Positions 41,046-51,262 of a stretch of DNA of 64,000 nt are shown here, in pieces. Every line of letters starts with the position of its first letter. Within the stretch, counting starts at the first letter, position 1. The translations under genes were made by a program, and so were the position numbers. This DNA is from an uncultured candidatus Porisulfidus sp. Lineage in GTDB: Bacteria; Pseudomonadota; Gammaproteobacteria; Poriferisulfidales; Poriferisulfidaceae. Location of the stretch: positions 448,001 to 512,000 of the forward strand of contig CBDASZ010000001.1 in the NCBI GenBank assembly GCA_965199755.1. The letters run 5' to 3'. The notes below the pieces were generated by a model. The model had not been told where the DNA came from. It worked only from the letters and a program-made list of their open reading frames with translations, and did not search any database.

Positions 41046-42025
41046 TGCAATTGACTGCGCTCCAGAGAGTACTGCAGACCACTGAAGTCAATGGACGGCG
41101 GGAAGGGGTGTTGTTCGCTCAGTTTCTGCAGGTCCTGTTGCAAGGCAGGGTACTGTTCCTGCAAGGCCGGTTGTGCCAGCAGGCGGCGTGCTTGCGCGAG
41201 CGCCTGCGTGTAAGGATCAATGCGGTGCGCCTGCAAGGACAGTCGCGCCAGGTACAGTTCCGTCTGGATGGCGTAAAGATTCATGATGTGCTGGTATGCC
41301 GAGATGGTCTGCACGGCTTGCGGAGTGTCGCGCTGCACTTCCACATGCGCGCTGAAATGTTTCAGAAACGTGTCCCACAACTGCCCCCAGTCGTGGGCGG
41401 GGATGGTTTCGTTTTGCTGCACCAACTGGTCGTGCAGTGTGGTGATCTTCTCATTCAGCACCAGCCAGCTCGCGGTCAGAATACGGTGTGCGAACTCGGC
41501 TTCCTTGCCGGAATAGCCTTCCAGTGTCGCGATCGCGTCATCCAGCTGCTTGCCAAGCGTGTGAAAGCGCACCTGATCAAGGGTCGCCAGAATGCGCTGC
41601 GCTTGACGCAGGGCGCTCAGGGTGGCTAGAGAGTCCTGCAGATGGTTTTGCTTGTACTGCGCGATGCTGAGCAAAAACGCGACTTCCTCAATCGGATATT
41701 GCCGCGGGTCGCTGATCGGCTCGATCGGGTCGAGTTTCTCTTTCAGCAAGGTTTCGTAGGTGGCGTAGCGCACCCGCAATTCTTCGAGGAATTGATCGAC
41801 CAGTCCCTGCATGTGTTGTTGCTGACCCGACAGCGCAGTGACCTGCTGACGGATTTCCATTTGTGCGGCATGCACGGATTGATGCGATTCCAGTTGCCGG
41901 TCGCGCAATTCCTGAAAGCGGGTGTCGGAATCGATCCACAGCAGGTACAGCATGCCGCCAATGCCGAGCAGGCCCAGCCAGCCGACCGTGGTCAGGATCA
42001 GGATCAGTCGCGCCGTACGAGTCAT
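41042..42025 (-). CDS. hemX: HemX-like membrane-anchored coiled-coil protein
   Basis: N-terminal TM, coiled coil, EVAFLLSIA..AL..AQRIL pattern; follows hemD. Confidence 0.65.
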   Translation of the reverse strand: MTRTARLILILTTVGWLGLLGIGGMLYLLWIDSDTRFQELRDRQLESHQSVHAAQMEIRQQVTALSGQQQHMQGLVDQFLEELRVRYATYETLLKEKLDPIEPISDPRQYPIEEVAFLLSIAQYKQNHLQDSLATLSALRQAQRILATLDQVRFHTLGKQLDDAIATLEGYSGKEAEFAHRILTASWLVLNEKITTLHDQLVQQNETIPAHDWGQLWDTFLKHFSAHVEVQRDTPQAVQTISAYQHIMNLYAIQTELYLARLSLQAHRIDPYTQALAQARRLLAQPALQEQYPALQQDLQKLSEQHPFPPSIDFSGLQYSLERSQLQ

Positions 42026-42774
42026 ACGGAGAAATAGTCCAGTAGCGCTTGCAACATCGCCTCATCCCCGGGATTGCGCGCCAGCGCGGCAACATGGGTG
42101 TAGCCCAGTTCGGCGCAGGCATCCCCAATGCGGCGGTTGCCTGCGATCAGCGCCTGCTCCAGTAGCAATTCGTGTTCTTCGGGAGCGACGCATTGCTTCA
42201 GGTTGCGCGCGATTTCCACACTGGTGATGCACACAGCTTGTGGCACCCCGTGTGGCAACTGATTGAAAGAGAGGGTGTGTTCGGGGAGGTCACGGTGATA
42301 GACACACAGATAGTCGACAGTCGCGCCCCGCCTGCGCAACTTCTCGGCCAGATATTCCCGGCCATCTTGTCCGCGCACAATGACAATGTGTTGTCCGTCC
42401 ACGGCGCACAGCGCATCGATGCGCAACAGGGCTTCACTATTGTAGGGGCTGGGCGCGTGTATGGAGGGGGCGTGGCCGATCTGCTCCAGTGCTTGCGCGG
42501 TGGCGGCACCAATCGCCGCCAGAGACGCCGTGCGGCACGCCGCGAAACCTTCACAGGCATGCAGCCCCTTCACGGCGTTGCCAGACACAAAAATAACCCA
42601 ATCTGCGTTGTTTAATACGGCGAGTTCCGTCCCCGACGGGTGCTGCAAGCGAATCTGCACGCCGGCGAAGCAGTCGACTTCAGCACCGAGGCTGCGCAAG
42701 CGCTCGGCGAAAATACTCGCCTGAGGCTCCGGGCGCGTTAGCAGAATCCGCCGGGTCTGCAGGGAGGGGGTCAT
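42022..42774 (-). CDS. hemD: Uroporphyrinogen-III synthase
   Basis: ILLTRP, IFVSGNAV, AIGAATA, SEALL, VRGQDGREYL..L..RGA. Confidence 0.92.
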   Translation of the reverse strand: MTPSLQTRRILLTRPEPQASIFAERLRSLGAEVDCFAGVQIRLQHPSGTELAVLNNADWVIFVSGNAVKGLHACEGFAACRTASLAAIGAATAQALEQIGHAPSIHAPSPYNSEALLRIDALCAVDGQHIVIVRGQDGREYLAEKLRRRGATVDYLCVYHRDLPEHTLSFNQLPHGVPQAVCITSVEIARNLKQCVAPEEHELLLEQALIAGNRRIGDACAELGYTHVAALARNPGDEAMLQALLDYFSV

Positions 42775-43700
42775 GACGGCAGGGAGATGCCCAGTTCGGT
42801 CAGGATCTCACGCCCGCCCTGATCTAGCAACTGTTGCGCGGCGTGCGCGCCGGCCTCCGAGGGCGCACCTTCGGTTTGGGCATGCAGCATACGGGAGCCG
42901 TCGCGATTGGCGAGGCGCGCCTGCAGGCTCACGTGTCCCGAACGGATCCAGGTGGCGTGGGCGGCCAGAGGCAACTGGCAACTGCCGAACAAGGCGTGGC
43001 TGAGCGCGCGTTCCGCGGTGACCGCCTCGAAAGTTTCGGCATGATGCAGGTCGCGCACCCATTCCCGCGCATTTGGATGTGTGCTTGCGGCCTCAATCGT
43101 CAGCGCGCCCTGACCGATCGCCGGCAGACACTGCTCTGGTTCAAGAATTTGCGTGATGCGATCCGCCAGACCGAGGCGTTGCAACCCGGCGCAGGCCAGC
43201 ACGAGAGCCTTGCAGTGTCCCTCGTCCAGTCGTTTCAGGCGCGTGTTGACGTTGCCGCGCAGATCAATGAACTCAAGTTCGGGGAATTGCGCGCGCAACT
43301 GAGCTTGGCGGCGCAGGCTGGAGGTGCCGACGCGGCTTCCTTTCGGCAGCGCCTCCAGTGTGCGGTGCTGTGGTGCGATGATCGCGTCGCGCGCGTCGGC
43401 GCGTTGGCATATGGCGATGAGTTCCAGACCTTCCGGCATTTCGGCGGGCACGTCCTTGAGGGAATGCACGGCCAGATCTGTGTCGCCGCGCAGCAGGCTG
43501 TGTTCCAACTCCCGCAGGAACAGGCCTTTCCCGCCGGTCGTGGCAAGCGGGTGCTCCAGCATCTGGTCGCCCTGAGTTTCAATGCGGACCAGTTCGCTGT
43601 GGATGTCTTGTGCGCGTTCAAGTTCCGCCGCCACCTCTTGTGCCTGACACACGGCAAGTGGGCTGCGGCGGGTGGCGATGCGGCAGAGGGCGCGGCTCAT
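42771..43700 (-). CDS. hemC: Porphobilinogen deaminase
   Basis: IATRRSPLA, GGKGLF, AVHSLKDVP, GTSSLRR, RGNVNTRL, GSCQLP. Confidence 0.97.
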   Translation of the reverse strand: MSRALCRIATRRSPLAVCQAQEVAAELERAQDIHSELVRIETQGDQMLEHPLATTGGKGLFLRELEHSLLRGDTDLAVHSLKDVPAEMPEGLELIAICQRADARDAIIAPQHRTLEALPKGSRVGTSSLRRQAQLRAQFPELEFIDLRGNVNTRLKRLDEGHCKALVLACAGLQRLGLADRITQILEPEQCLPAIGQGALTIEAASTHPNAREWVRDLHHAETFEAVTAERALSHALFGSCQLPLAAHATWIRSGHVSLQARLANRDGSRMLHAQTEGAPSEAGAHAAQQLLDQGGREILTELGISLPS

Positions 43701-44110
43701 GATTTCGCCGGCATCAGTTTGATCGTCTGTTCATGCGGCGCATACACGCGATCGGTGATGAACGCGATGTCCCAGTCGCCGTCGTCTCGCGCCCGGTAGT
43801 CGATCTGCTTGAGTTCGGTCAAGGCCGTGCAGACCAGTGACAGGGTGGCCAGCAGCAATCCGTCATCATCCGCGCGCAGGGCTTGCGGGATCATGCTGGC
43901 GGCGAACTGCGCGCACTGCGTCGAGTCGGGATGGTCGTAGCGCACGCCGCCGGCCTCGAAGCCTTGCTGCAGGCGTTCCTGCAACCGCGCCACGGCGTGG
44001 CGTTGCGGCTCACTCATGCGCGCATCACGGTCCCAATAGGCTTCCACTGTGCCGTCAATGATGACGGCGACCTTGCGTTCGAAGTGTTCCGGCAGGCGGG
44101 AAGCGGACAT
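43697..44110 (-). CDS. Hypothetical protein
   Basis: 137-aa ORF overlapping the hemC start by 4 nt (translational coupling). Confidence 0.65.
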   Translation of the reverse strand: MSASRLPEHFERKVAVIIDGTVEAYWDRDARMSEPQRHAVARLQERLQQGFEAGGVRYDHPDSTQCAQFAASMIPQALRADDDGLLLATLSLVCTALTELKQIDYRARDDGDWDIAFITDRVYAPHEQTIKLMPAKS

Positions 44111-44192
44111 TGGTATGGTGAGGACAGTGCGCAGAAAATCGCACCTAGCATTTTATAAATACTAAAATAGCGTCAACTCTTTGAGGGCCATC

Positions 44193-45599
44193 ATGGCTGA
44201 TTCTGTAACGAAACCCTGGGGCGGGAGATTTACCGCTGCGACCGATGCAGCAGTGGAAGCCTTTACCGCTTCGGTCGGGTTTGACGCCCGGCTGTATTCC
44301 TGCGACATTCGCGCCTCGCAGGCGCATGCCCGTGGGTTGGCGGCTGCCTCAGTGATTAGCGCTGAGGAGTGCGAGACGCTGGTGCATGGTCTTGATCGGG
44401 TGCGCGCGCAGATTGAATCGGGCGCGGTCACATGGGATGAAGCGCTCGAAGATGTGCACATGAATATCGAAACCTTGCTGGTTGCCGAAGTGGGTGACGT
44501 GGGCAAGAAATTGCATACCGGACGCTCCCGCAACGATCAGATTGCCACCGATTTGCGCCTGTATGTTCGGGATGCGCAGGCGCAACTGGATGCGCTGCTG
44601 CATGCGTTGCAGATGGCTTTGGTGACACGCGCCGAGCAGGAAGCGAACACGCCGATGCCGGGCATGACGCACTTGCAACCGGCGCAGCCGGTAACGGCAG
44701 GGCATATGCTGATGGCCTGGTATGAGATGCTGTGCCGGGATCGGGCCTGGCTGGCGCAAGCCTACCAGCGCACCAATGTGATGCCGCTGGGCGCTGGCGC
44801 GCTGGCGGGGTCAGGCTATGCCATTGATCGCCAGGAAGTGGCGAAGGAACTGGGATTCTCCGGGCTGTGCGATAACTCGCTGGATGCGGTGAGCGACCGT
44901 GATTTCGCGATTGAGTGCTGCGCGCTCATCGCGCAGTTGCTGGTGCATCTGTCGCGGATGGCGGAGATGGTGATCCTGTGGGCCAGTCCGGGCATGGGTT
45001 ACGTCACGCTGCCGGATGAGTACTGCACAGGCTCCTCGCTAATGCCGCAGAAGAAAAACCCCGATGTGCTGGAACTGGTGCGCGGCAAGAGCGCGCGCGC
45101 CTGCGGCAATCTGCAAGCCCTGCTGATGCTGATGAAGGCGCAGCCGCTGGCTTATAACCGTGACAATCAAGAAGACAAGGAGCCGCTGTTCGACAGTCTG
45201 GATACGGCTTTGGCCTGCGTGCCAATGCTGGAGGCGATCGTGACCGGTATGCAGTTTGATGTCGCGCGGATGCGCGCGGATGCGGCGGCCGACTACAGCA
45301 CAGCGACGGATCTGGCGGATGCGCTGGTAGCGCGTGGTATCGCGTTTCGGGATGCCCACCATATCGTCGGCAACGTGGTGGCGTATGCGCTGGAGCAGGG
45401 CCAGACCCTGGAAGAACTGGACGCCGATGCGCTGCAAGAGTACTCCCCGCTGATTGACGCCGAAATGTTGCGCGGCCTAAGTGCGGAGGCCAGTGTCGCC
45501 GCGCGGAGCATACATGGCGGCACGGCACCCGAAGCGGTGCGTGCGCGGGTGAAAGCGGCGCGTGTGGCCTTGCAAGCGGAGCCGCTGCCGAGAGGCTAG
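44193..45599 (+). CDS. argH: Argininosuccinate lyase
   Basis: WGGRF, LHTGRSRNDQ, GMTHLQ, GSSLMPQKKNPD. Confidence 0.98.
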   Translation: MADSVTKPWGGRFTAATDAAVEAFTASVGFDARLYSCDIRASQAHARGLAAASVISAEECETLVHGLDRVRAQIESGAVTWDEALEDVHMNIETLLVAEVGDVGKKLHTGRSRNDQIATDLRLYVRDAQAQLDALLHALQMALVTRAEQEANTPMPGMTHLQPAQPVTAGHMLMAWYEMLCRDRAWLAQAYQRTNVMPLGAGALAGSGYAIDRQEVAKELGFSGLCDNSLDAVSDRDFAIECCALIAQLLVHLSRMAEMVILWASPGMGYVTLPDEYCTGSSLMPQKKNPDVLELVRGKSARACGNLQALLMLMKAQPLAYNRDNQEDKEPLFDSLDTALACVPMLEAIVTGMQFDVARMRADAAADYSTATDLADALVARGIAFRDAHHIVGNVVAYALEQGQTLEELDADALQEYSPLIDAEMLRGLSAEASVAARSIHGGTAPEAVRARVKAARVALQAEPLPRG

Positions 45600-46261
45600 T
45601 TCTCTGTTGTGAAGATGCGGCGCAGAAAAGCGCCGAGCTCCTGCAACTCCTCAAAAGTGACTTCGTGGCCAAAGTTGGCGCTGTGCCATTGCACCGGATA
45701 GCCGATCTTCTCCAGTTGCTCCCGACTGTACTCTCCGAACGGGCAGGGCACCACATCATCCAGGCGGCCATGGCCGATAAACACAGGGATCCGCTCTGAT
45801 ATCTCCGCAGCGTGCTGTAGCAAGGCTTCGTGCTGCGGGAGGTAGCCGGACAGACAGACGGCACCCGCCGGCGGTGTCGGTGCGTGCAGCGCCGCATACA
45901 TGGCCATCGCGCCGCCTTGAGAGTAGCCGCCAATGGCACAGGCCTCAATGCCGTCGTCATATTGCTGCAGCAGCGTCTCGAACAACGATGCGGCCGTGGC
46001 TTCAAGCCCATCAGGGTCGCTGGTGACGGTGCCGTCGGATTGCGGCAGAATGTCGAACCAGGAGGCTGCTTCCTGACCGTCGAACAGGGTCACCGCTCGG
46101 GTCGGCGCTTGCGGGGCGATGATGCGCAGTTGCGGACAGCGCAATTGCGTCTGAAGATCGCCGAAATTCGAGGCGGTGGCACCGAGTCCGTGCAACCAGA
46201 GCAAAGTGAAGCGCGCTTCTCCTTGCGGAGGCTCCCAGATCAGATCGGCGGCGGACTTCAT
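45596..46261 (-). CDS. Carboxylesterase / phospholipase (alpha/beta hydrolase)
   Basis: WLHGLGA, GYSQGG nucleophile motif, HG..DDVVP, GHEV. Confidence 0.9.
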   Translation of the reverse strand: MKSAADLIWEPPQGEARFTLLWLHGLGATASNFGDLQTQLRCPQLRIIAPQAPTRAVTLFDGQEAASWFDILPQSDGTVTSDPDGLEATAASLFETLLQQYDDGIEACAIGGYSQGGAMAMYAALHAPTPPAGAVCLSGYLPQHEALLQHAAEISERIPVFIGHGRLDDVVPCPFGEYSREQLEKIGYPVQWHSANFGHEVTFEELQELGAFLRRIFTTEN

Positions 46262-46367
46262 GGCTGTAATGCGCTTGAAAGGCGGGCGTTGCGCATACGC
46301 GCTTGGTTTAAGGTACTATATAACAGGTGTTGCATGGCATGGATGCCACTTCGGAGACTGACGCAAG

Positions 46368-46481
46368 ATGAACAAATTTGGCAAAATTTTGGCCGCCTTT
46401 GTATTAATAGGAGCGTGCGCCGCTTGCGGGCAGATGGGACCGCTGGAGCCGCCCCCCGAAACTGCGATCGCGCAGGAGTGA
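46368..46481 (+). CDS. lptM: Small lipoprotein LptM (YifL)
   Basis: Hand translation MNKFGKILAAFVLIGACAACGQMGPLEPPPETAIAQE*; lipobox plus CGxxGPLxxP motif, directly upstream of lysA; below the ORF-track length cutoff. Confidence 0.8.
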   Translation: MNKFGKILAAFVLIGACAACGQMGPLEPPPETAIAQE

Positions 46482-46485
46482 ATCT

Positions 46486-47736
46486 ATGGTAGCCGTCAAC
46501 TATCAGGACGGGCAACTGTACGCCGAATCGATCTCGCTGGAGGAAATGGCGCGGGTCTATGGCACGCCGTGCTATCTTTATTCAGCGCCGGATATTGCGC
46601 GCAACGTCCGCGAGTTGCAACAGGCTTTTGGGGAACATCCGCATCGAGTTTGCTATGCGGTCAAGGCCAATGGCAATCTGAGTATCCTGCGCTATTTGAA
46701 AGAATTGGGCTGCGCCTTCGACATTGTTTCAGGCGGCGAACTGGAGCGGGTGCGCGCGGCGGGCGGAGACTTGACACAATCGGTGTTTTCCGGGGTGGGC
46801 AAGAGTGAAGCAGAGATTCGCTTGGCGCTGGAAGCCAACATCGGTGCCTTTCATGTGGAGTCCATTCCCGAGTTGCAGCGTATTGATCGCCTCGCGCAAG
46901 AGTTGGGCGTGGTGGCATCGGTTGCCATGCGCATCAACCCGGCCATTGACGCGGACACGCACCCGAATATCGCCACCGGCTCGCGCGACAGCAAGTTTGG
47001 TGTGTCCTCAGAGGAAGTAATGAAAGCCTACGATATGGCCGCCGGGATGAATGGCATCAGAATTTGTGGCGTGTCCTGTCATATCGGCTCGCAGCTGCTG
47101 GATTCCAGACCGATTTTGGACGCGGCGCAAAAACTGGTCGATCTGTCGGATCGTTTGCAAGCGAATGGCATTGCGCTGGAGTATCTGGATGTGGGCGGTG
47201 GTCTGGGGATATGCTATCAGCAGGAACAGCCGCCGGATGCGGCGGAATATGTCGGCGGGCTGCTTGAGGTGCTCAAGACGCGCTCGCAGACCTTGCTGAT
47301 TGAGCCGGGCCGATTCATCGTGGGCAATGCGGGCGTGTTGCTGACGTGCGTGGAATACATCAAGGAAGCCGACACCAACCGGTTCGCGGTGGTGGATGCC
47401 TCCATGAACGAACTGATACGCCCGGCCATGTACGGTGCTTGGCATCGCATTATGGTGGTGCAGCAGAATCCTGATTGTGCCACGCAGACCTACGATGTGG
47501 TGGGGCCGGTTTGCGAAACGACGGACTACCTTGCCCGAAAACGGGATCTGGCGATTCGCGAAGGCAATCATCTGGCGATTTTGTCGGCGGGTGCCTACGC
47601 CGCGTCGATGGGGTGCACCTACAACGCCCGCCCGTTGGTCGCCGAAGTCATGATTGATAACGGGCAGCACCGGTTGATTCGCCGGCGTGGCGACAACTCG
47701 CAGCTGTTCGTGAACGAGCTGGAGATGCTGGAGTGA
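46486..47736 (+). CDS. lysA: Diaminopimelate decarboxylase
   Basis: YAVKAN, DIVSGGEL, SKFG, HIGSQ, DVGGG, EPGR, GPVCE. Confidence 0.97.
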   Translation: MVAVNYQDGQLYAESISLEEMARVYGTPCYLYSAPDIARNVRELQQAFGEHPHRVCYAVKANGNLSILRYLKELGCAFDIVSGGELERVRAAGGDLTQSVFSGVGKSEAEIRLALEANIGAFHVESIPELQRIDRLAQELGVVASVAMRINPAIDADTHPNIATGSRDSKFGVSSEEVMKAYDMAAGMNGIRICGVSCHIGSQLLDSRPILDAAQKLVDLSDRLQANGIALEYLDVGGGLGICYQQEQPPDAAEYVGGLLEVLKTRSQTLLIEPGRFIVGNAGVLLTCVEYIKEADTNRFAVVDASMNELIRPAMYGAWHRIMVVQQNPDCATQTYDVVGPVCETTDYLARKRDLAIREGNHLAILSAGAYAASMGCTYNARPLVAEVMIDNGQHRLIRRRGDNSQLFVNELEMLE

Positions 47737-47746
47737 GGACGCGGCC

Positions 47747-48511
47747 GTGACGGGTGTGCGTATTACCGTTGTTGCGTGGCTGGCGTTTCAGGTCTCTTCA
47801 GCCGCGGCGGATTGCGCCCGCGAGGACATTGAGTTTTATCTGGAGAAGGGCTTCACGCACGAACAGGTCTCGCAACTGTGTTCGCGCGCCGTGGGTGGTG
47901 GCGACAGTAAGAACTACGAATCCTTTACCGAGGAGTACGTCAATCGGCGCGATGCCGAATACGAAGCGCGGATGCGCGTAGAGCGAGAAGTCTCGCTACG
48001 TAATTCAATCGAAGGGGCCGGCGTGCGTTTGGCTGGAGGTTGGCTGGAGTATGTGCGTAAGCAATGTGTCAGTGAAGGGGTGGAGAAAGATCGGATCTTC
48101 GGCCTCAAGTCGTGTCCGAAGATTCGTTTTCGCATTCGCATGGCGGGACTGCAAGTGGATGACCGCGAATACCAGAAGCGGTTTCTGTTCGGTCAGAAAA
48201 TGATTCGAGTGGAAGGAGAGATTCAGCGAAAACTCATGCCCGGCGCGTTCGCCGACATCCCGGACGAGTACTGGCGCGAGCAACTCGGCAAGAAACTCGA
48301 ACAGGGCAATTCAACCAAGATCCCGCTGCGCGATGGCGTCGACTTCCACTTTGTATATGGCGCGCTGACAGATATTGTGGACCACGAAACCGAACGCCAG
48401 CAGGCCCTGGAGGATCGCAATGTGACGGAAGTCTATGGCGATGTGTCACTGGAGGCGGATGACTTCGAAGGGGCACTGAGTGGCGAACTGGAAATGGATG
48501 AAGTCGAATAA
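47747..48511 (+). CDS. Hypothetical secreted protein
   Basis: Signal-peptide-like N-terminus ending AAA-D, four Cys, acidic tail; RBS GAGGA upstream. Confidence 0.65.
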   Translation: MTGVRITVVAWLAFQVSSAAADCAREDIEFYLEKGFTHEQVSQLCSRAVGGGDSKNYESFTEEYVNRRDAEYEARMRVEREVSLRNSIEGAGVRLAGGWLEYVRKQCVSEGVEKDRIFGLKSCPKIRFRIRMAGLQVDDREYQKRFLFGQKMIRVEGEIQRKLMPGAFADIPDEYWREQLGKKLEQGNSTKIPLRDGVDFHFVYGALTDIVDHETERQQALEDRNVTEVYGDVSLEADDFEGALSGELEMDEVE

Positions 48512-48666
48512 GTATTTATAGGACTTAGGGCTTGCTATAAAATTTTTTTATAACACCCAAAATTATCAACTTCCTATTAACCCATACATTTGTGCTACAT
48601 TAGTGCGTTGAAAGCCGGCGGCCGACATGGCCGCTGACAGGATTGACTACAACCGAGGTATGACTT

Positions 48667-49128
48667 ATGCCTACTTTCGTAAGAACTGACAAATGCGATG
48701 GCTGTAAGGGTCAGGACAAGACCGCTTGCATGTACATTTGCCCCCATGACTTGATGCGTCTGGATAAGGACGGATCAGAAACCGGGCACGCCATGAAGGC
48801 TTATAACCAAGAGCCCGAACAGTGCTGGGAATGCTATTCCTGCGTCAAGATTTGCCCGCAGCAGGCGATTGAATGTCGCCACTATGCAGACGTTGTGCCG
48901 CTGGGCGCATCGGTCCAGCCGCTGCGCGGTACCGACTCCATCATGTGGACCATCAAGTTCCGCAATGGAACCATGAAACGATTCAAGTTCCCCATCCGCA
49001 CCACGCCGGAAGGCTCCGCTGATCCTTATGGCGGCGAGAATGATGCGGTCATGGCGGAAGGCAAGGACCACAGCACCCTGTTCACCAAAGGCACGCACAG
49101 TTGCGACATGTCGCAATTCGCATCCTGA
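48667..49128 (+). CDS. aprB: Adenylylsulfate (APS) reductase beta subunit
   Basis: CDGCKGQDKTACMYICP and CWECYSCVKICP 4Fe-4S motifs, IMWTIKFRNG..KRFKFPIRTTPEGS. Confidence 0.97.
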   Translation: MPTFVRTDKCDGCKGQDKTACMYICPHDLMRLDKDGSETGHAMKAYNQEPEQCWECYSCVKICPQQAIECRHYADVVPLGASVQPLRGTDSIMWTIKFRNGTMKRFKFPIRTTPEGSADPYGGENDAVMAEGKDHSTLFTKGTHSCDMSQFAS

Positions 49129-49155
49129 GCGCGGACACTTGAAGGAGAAAGTACG

Positions 49156-51123
49156 ATGGCTGAATTCGGACAACCGGAAATCGTCGAAGAAGAAGTTGAT
49201 ATTCTTCTGATCGGCGGAGGTATGGCCTGTTGCGGTGCCGCCTTTGAGGTGACGCGCTGGATTGACCAGGCGCGCGCACAGGGCAAGGATATCAAGATCA
49301 AACTGGTAGACAAGGCGGCAATGGATCGCTCCGGCGCTGTCGCGCAGGGTCTGTCGGCAATTAACACCTACATGGGTGAGAATGACCCGGCGGACTATGT
49401 TCGCTATGTTCGCGGCGACCTGATGGGTATTGTGCGCGAGGATTTGGTGTACGACGTGGGTCGGCACGTGGATGACTCGGTACATAACTTTGAGAAATGG
49501 GGACTGCCGATCTGGAAGCAGTCTGGCGATGAAGGCAAGCGGCTGGTTGACGGCGGCAAGCCGGTTCGTTCGGGCCGCTGGCAGATCATGATCAATGGTG
49601 AATCCTACAAATGGGTGGTGGCGGAAGCGGCCAAGAAGGCACTCGGCACCGAAAACATTGAAGAGCGCATCTTCATTGTTCGCCTGCTCACTGACAAGAA
49701 CGATCCGAGCCGTGTGGCTGGCGCTGCCGGCTTCAGCGTTCGCGAAGATCGCATCTACATTTATCGCTTCAAGTGCTGCCTGCTGGCCTGCGGCGGTGCC
49801 GTCAATGTGTTCCGTCCGCGTTCCGTAGGCGAGGGCACTGGCCGCGCCTGGTACCCGGTATGGAATGCTGGCTCCACCTACTCAATGGCGGCGGAATGCG
49901 GCGCAGAGTTGACCATGATGGAAAACCGCTTCGTGCCGGCGCGCTTCAAGGATGGCTACGGCCCGGTGGGCGCATGGTTCCTGCTGTTCAAGGCGCAGGC
50001 GATGAACGCCTTCGGTGAGGACTACCAGACCCGCAATGCCGAAGACCTGAAAGTCCACGGCTACGACGCTTATGCCAACGGTCCCAAGATGGGCACCTGT
50101 CTGCGCAATCATCTGATGATGAAGGAAATGAAGGAAGGCCGCGGCCCGATCTTCATGGATACGCCGACGGCGATGGCTAAACTGGCAGAAAACATGACGC
50201 CGAAAGAGATCAAGCATCTGGAGGCGGAAGCTTGGGAAGACTTCCTCGACATGACGATTGGTCAGTGTGGCGTGTGGGCCGGTGAGAACATTGAGCCGGA
50301 CAAGGAAATGTCCGAGCTGATGCCGACCGAACCGTATCTGCTGGGCTCACATGCTGGCTGTGCCGGCATTTGGGTGTCCGGGCCGGATGATCTGCCCGGC
50401 GCTCCGGATCATTACCACTGGGGCTATAACCGGATGACGACTGTATCCGGCCTGTTTACTGCAGGTGACGGTGTCGGCGCTTCCGGGCACAAGTTCTCCA
50501 GCGGTTCACATTCCGAAGGTCGTATTGCCGCCAAGGCGATGGTGCAGTATGTGCTGGACCACCCGGATATGAAGCCGGAATTGTCCCGCAGCGTGGAAGA
50601 TATTGTCGAGGAGATTTATCGTCCGGTGCGCAATTATCTGGAGCACAAGGACTACACCACGGCGATTGACATCAATCCACATTACATCACACCGAAGATG
50701 TTCCAGTTCCGTTTGCAGAAAGTCATGGATGAGTATGTGGCGGGCGTATCCACCATGTACCAGACCAACAATAGTATGCTGGAGTTGGCAGAGCGCAAAC
50801 TGGAAATGCTTCGTGAGGACTCGCTGAAGATGCGTGCGAAGGATCTGCACGAACTGTTGCGTGCCTGGGAGAACTACCACCGCCTGATCGCGGCGTTCGC
50901 CCACATGAAGCACATCAAGTTCCGCGAGGAGACCCGCTATCCGGGCTACTACTATCGGGCGGACTATATGAGAATTGACGATGAGAACTGGAAGTGCTTC
51001 GTCAACTCCAAGTTCGATAGAGAGACCGGAGAATGGAGTCTGCGCAAAGTACCTTATGCCCAGTTGATCAAGCCGGATGAGAGTGAGCCGGAGGGCATGG
51101 CCCGTCCCGGCAGTTCCTGCTGA
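49156..51123 (+). CDS. aprA: Adenylylsulfate (APS) reductase alpha subunit
   Basis: RSGAVAQGLSAINTY, WQIMINGESYK, GRAWYPVW, EAWEDFLDM, GHKFSSGS. Confidence 0.98.
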   Translation: MAEFGQPEIVEEEVDILLIGGGMACCGAAFEVTRWIDQARAQGKDIKIKLVDKAAMDRSGAVAQGLSAINTYMGENDPADYVRYVRGDLMGIVREDLVYDVGRHVDDSVHNFEKWGLPIWKQSGDEGKRLVDGGKPVRSGRWQIMINGESYKWVVAEAAKKALGTENIEERIFIVRLLTDKNDPSRVAGAAGFSVREDRIYIYRFKCCLLACGGAVNVFRPRSVGEGTGRAWYPVWNAGSTYSMAAECGAELTMMENRFVPARFKDGYGPVGAWFLLFKAQAMNAFGEDYQTRNAEDLKVHGYDAYANGPKMGTCLRNHLMMKEMKEGRGPIFMDTPTAMAKLAENMTPKEIKHLEAEAWEDFLDMTIGQCGVWAGENIEPDKEMSELMPTEPYLLGSHAGCAGIWVSGPDDLPGAPDHYHWGYNRMTTVSGLFTAGDGVGASGHKFSSGSHSEGRIAAKAMVQYVLDHPDMKPELSRSVEDIVEEIYRPVRNYLEHKDYTTAIDINPHYITPKMFQFRLQKVMDEYVAGVSTMYQTNNSMLELAERKLEMLREDSLKMRAKDLHELLRAWENYHRLIAAFAHMKHIKFREETRYPGYYYRADYMRIDDENWKCFVNSKFDRETGEWSLRKVPYAQLIKPDESEPEGMARPGSSC

Positions 51124-51148
51124 TCCCGCTGGCATAAACCCGCATCAA

Positions 51149-51187
51149 GACGGGGAGACCGCGCAAGCGGGCTCCCCGTTTTCTTTT
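51149..51187 (+). terminator. Rho-independent terminator after aprA
   Basis: Hairpin ACGGGGAGACCGC-GCAA-GCGGGCTCCCCGT followed by TTTCTTTT. Confidence 0.85.
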
Positions 51188-51262
51188 GGGCGCTGGTCAG
51201 GGTGAAGACGCGCTTATGTAGAATGTTGGATACGTTCTGGATGTGATCCGGGGAACTTCTCA

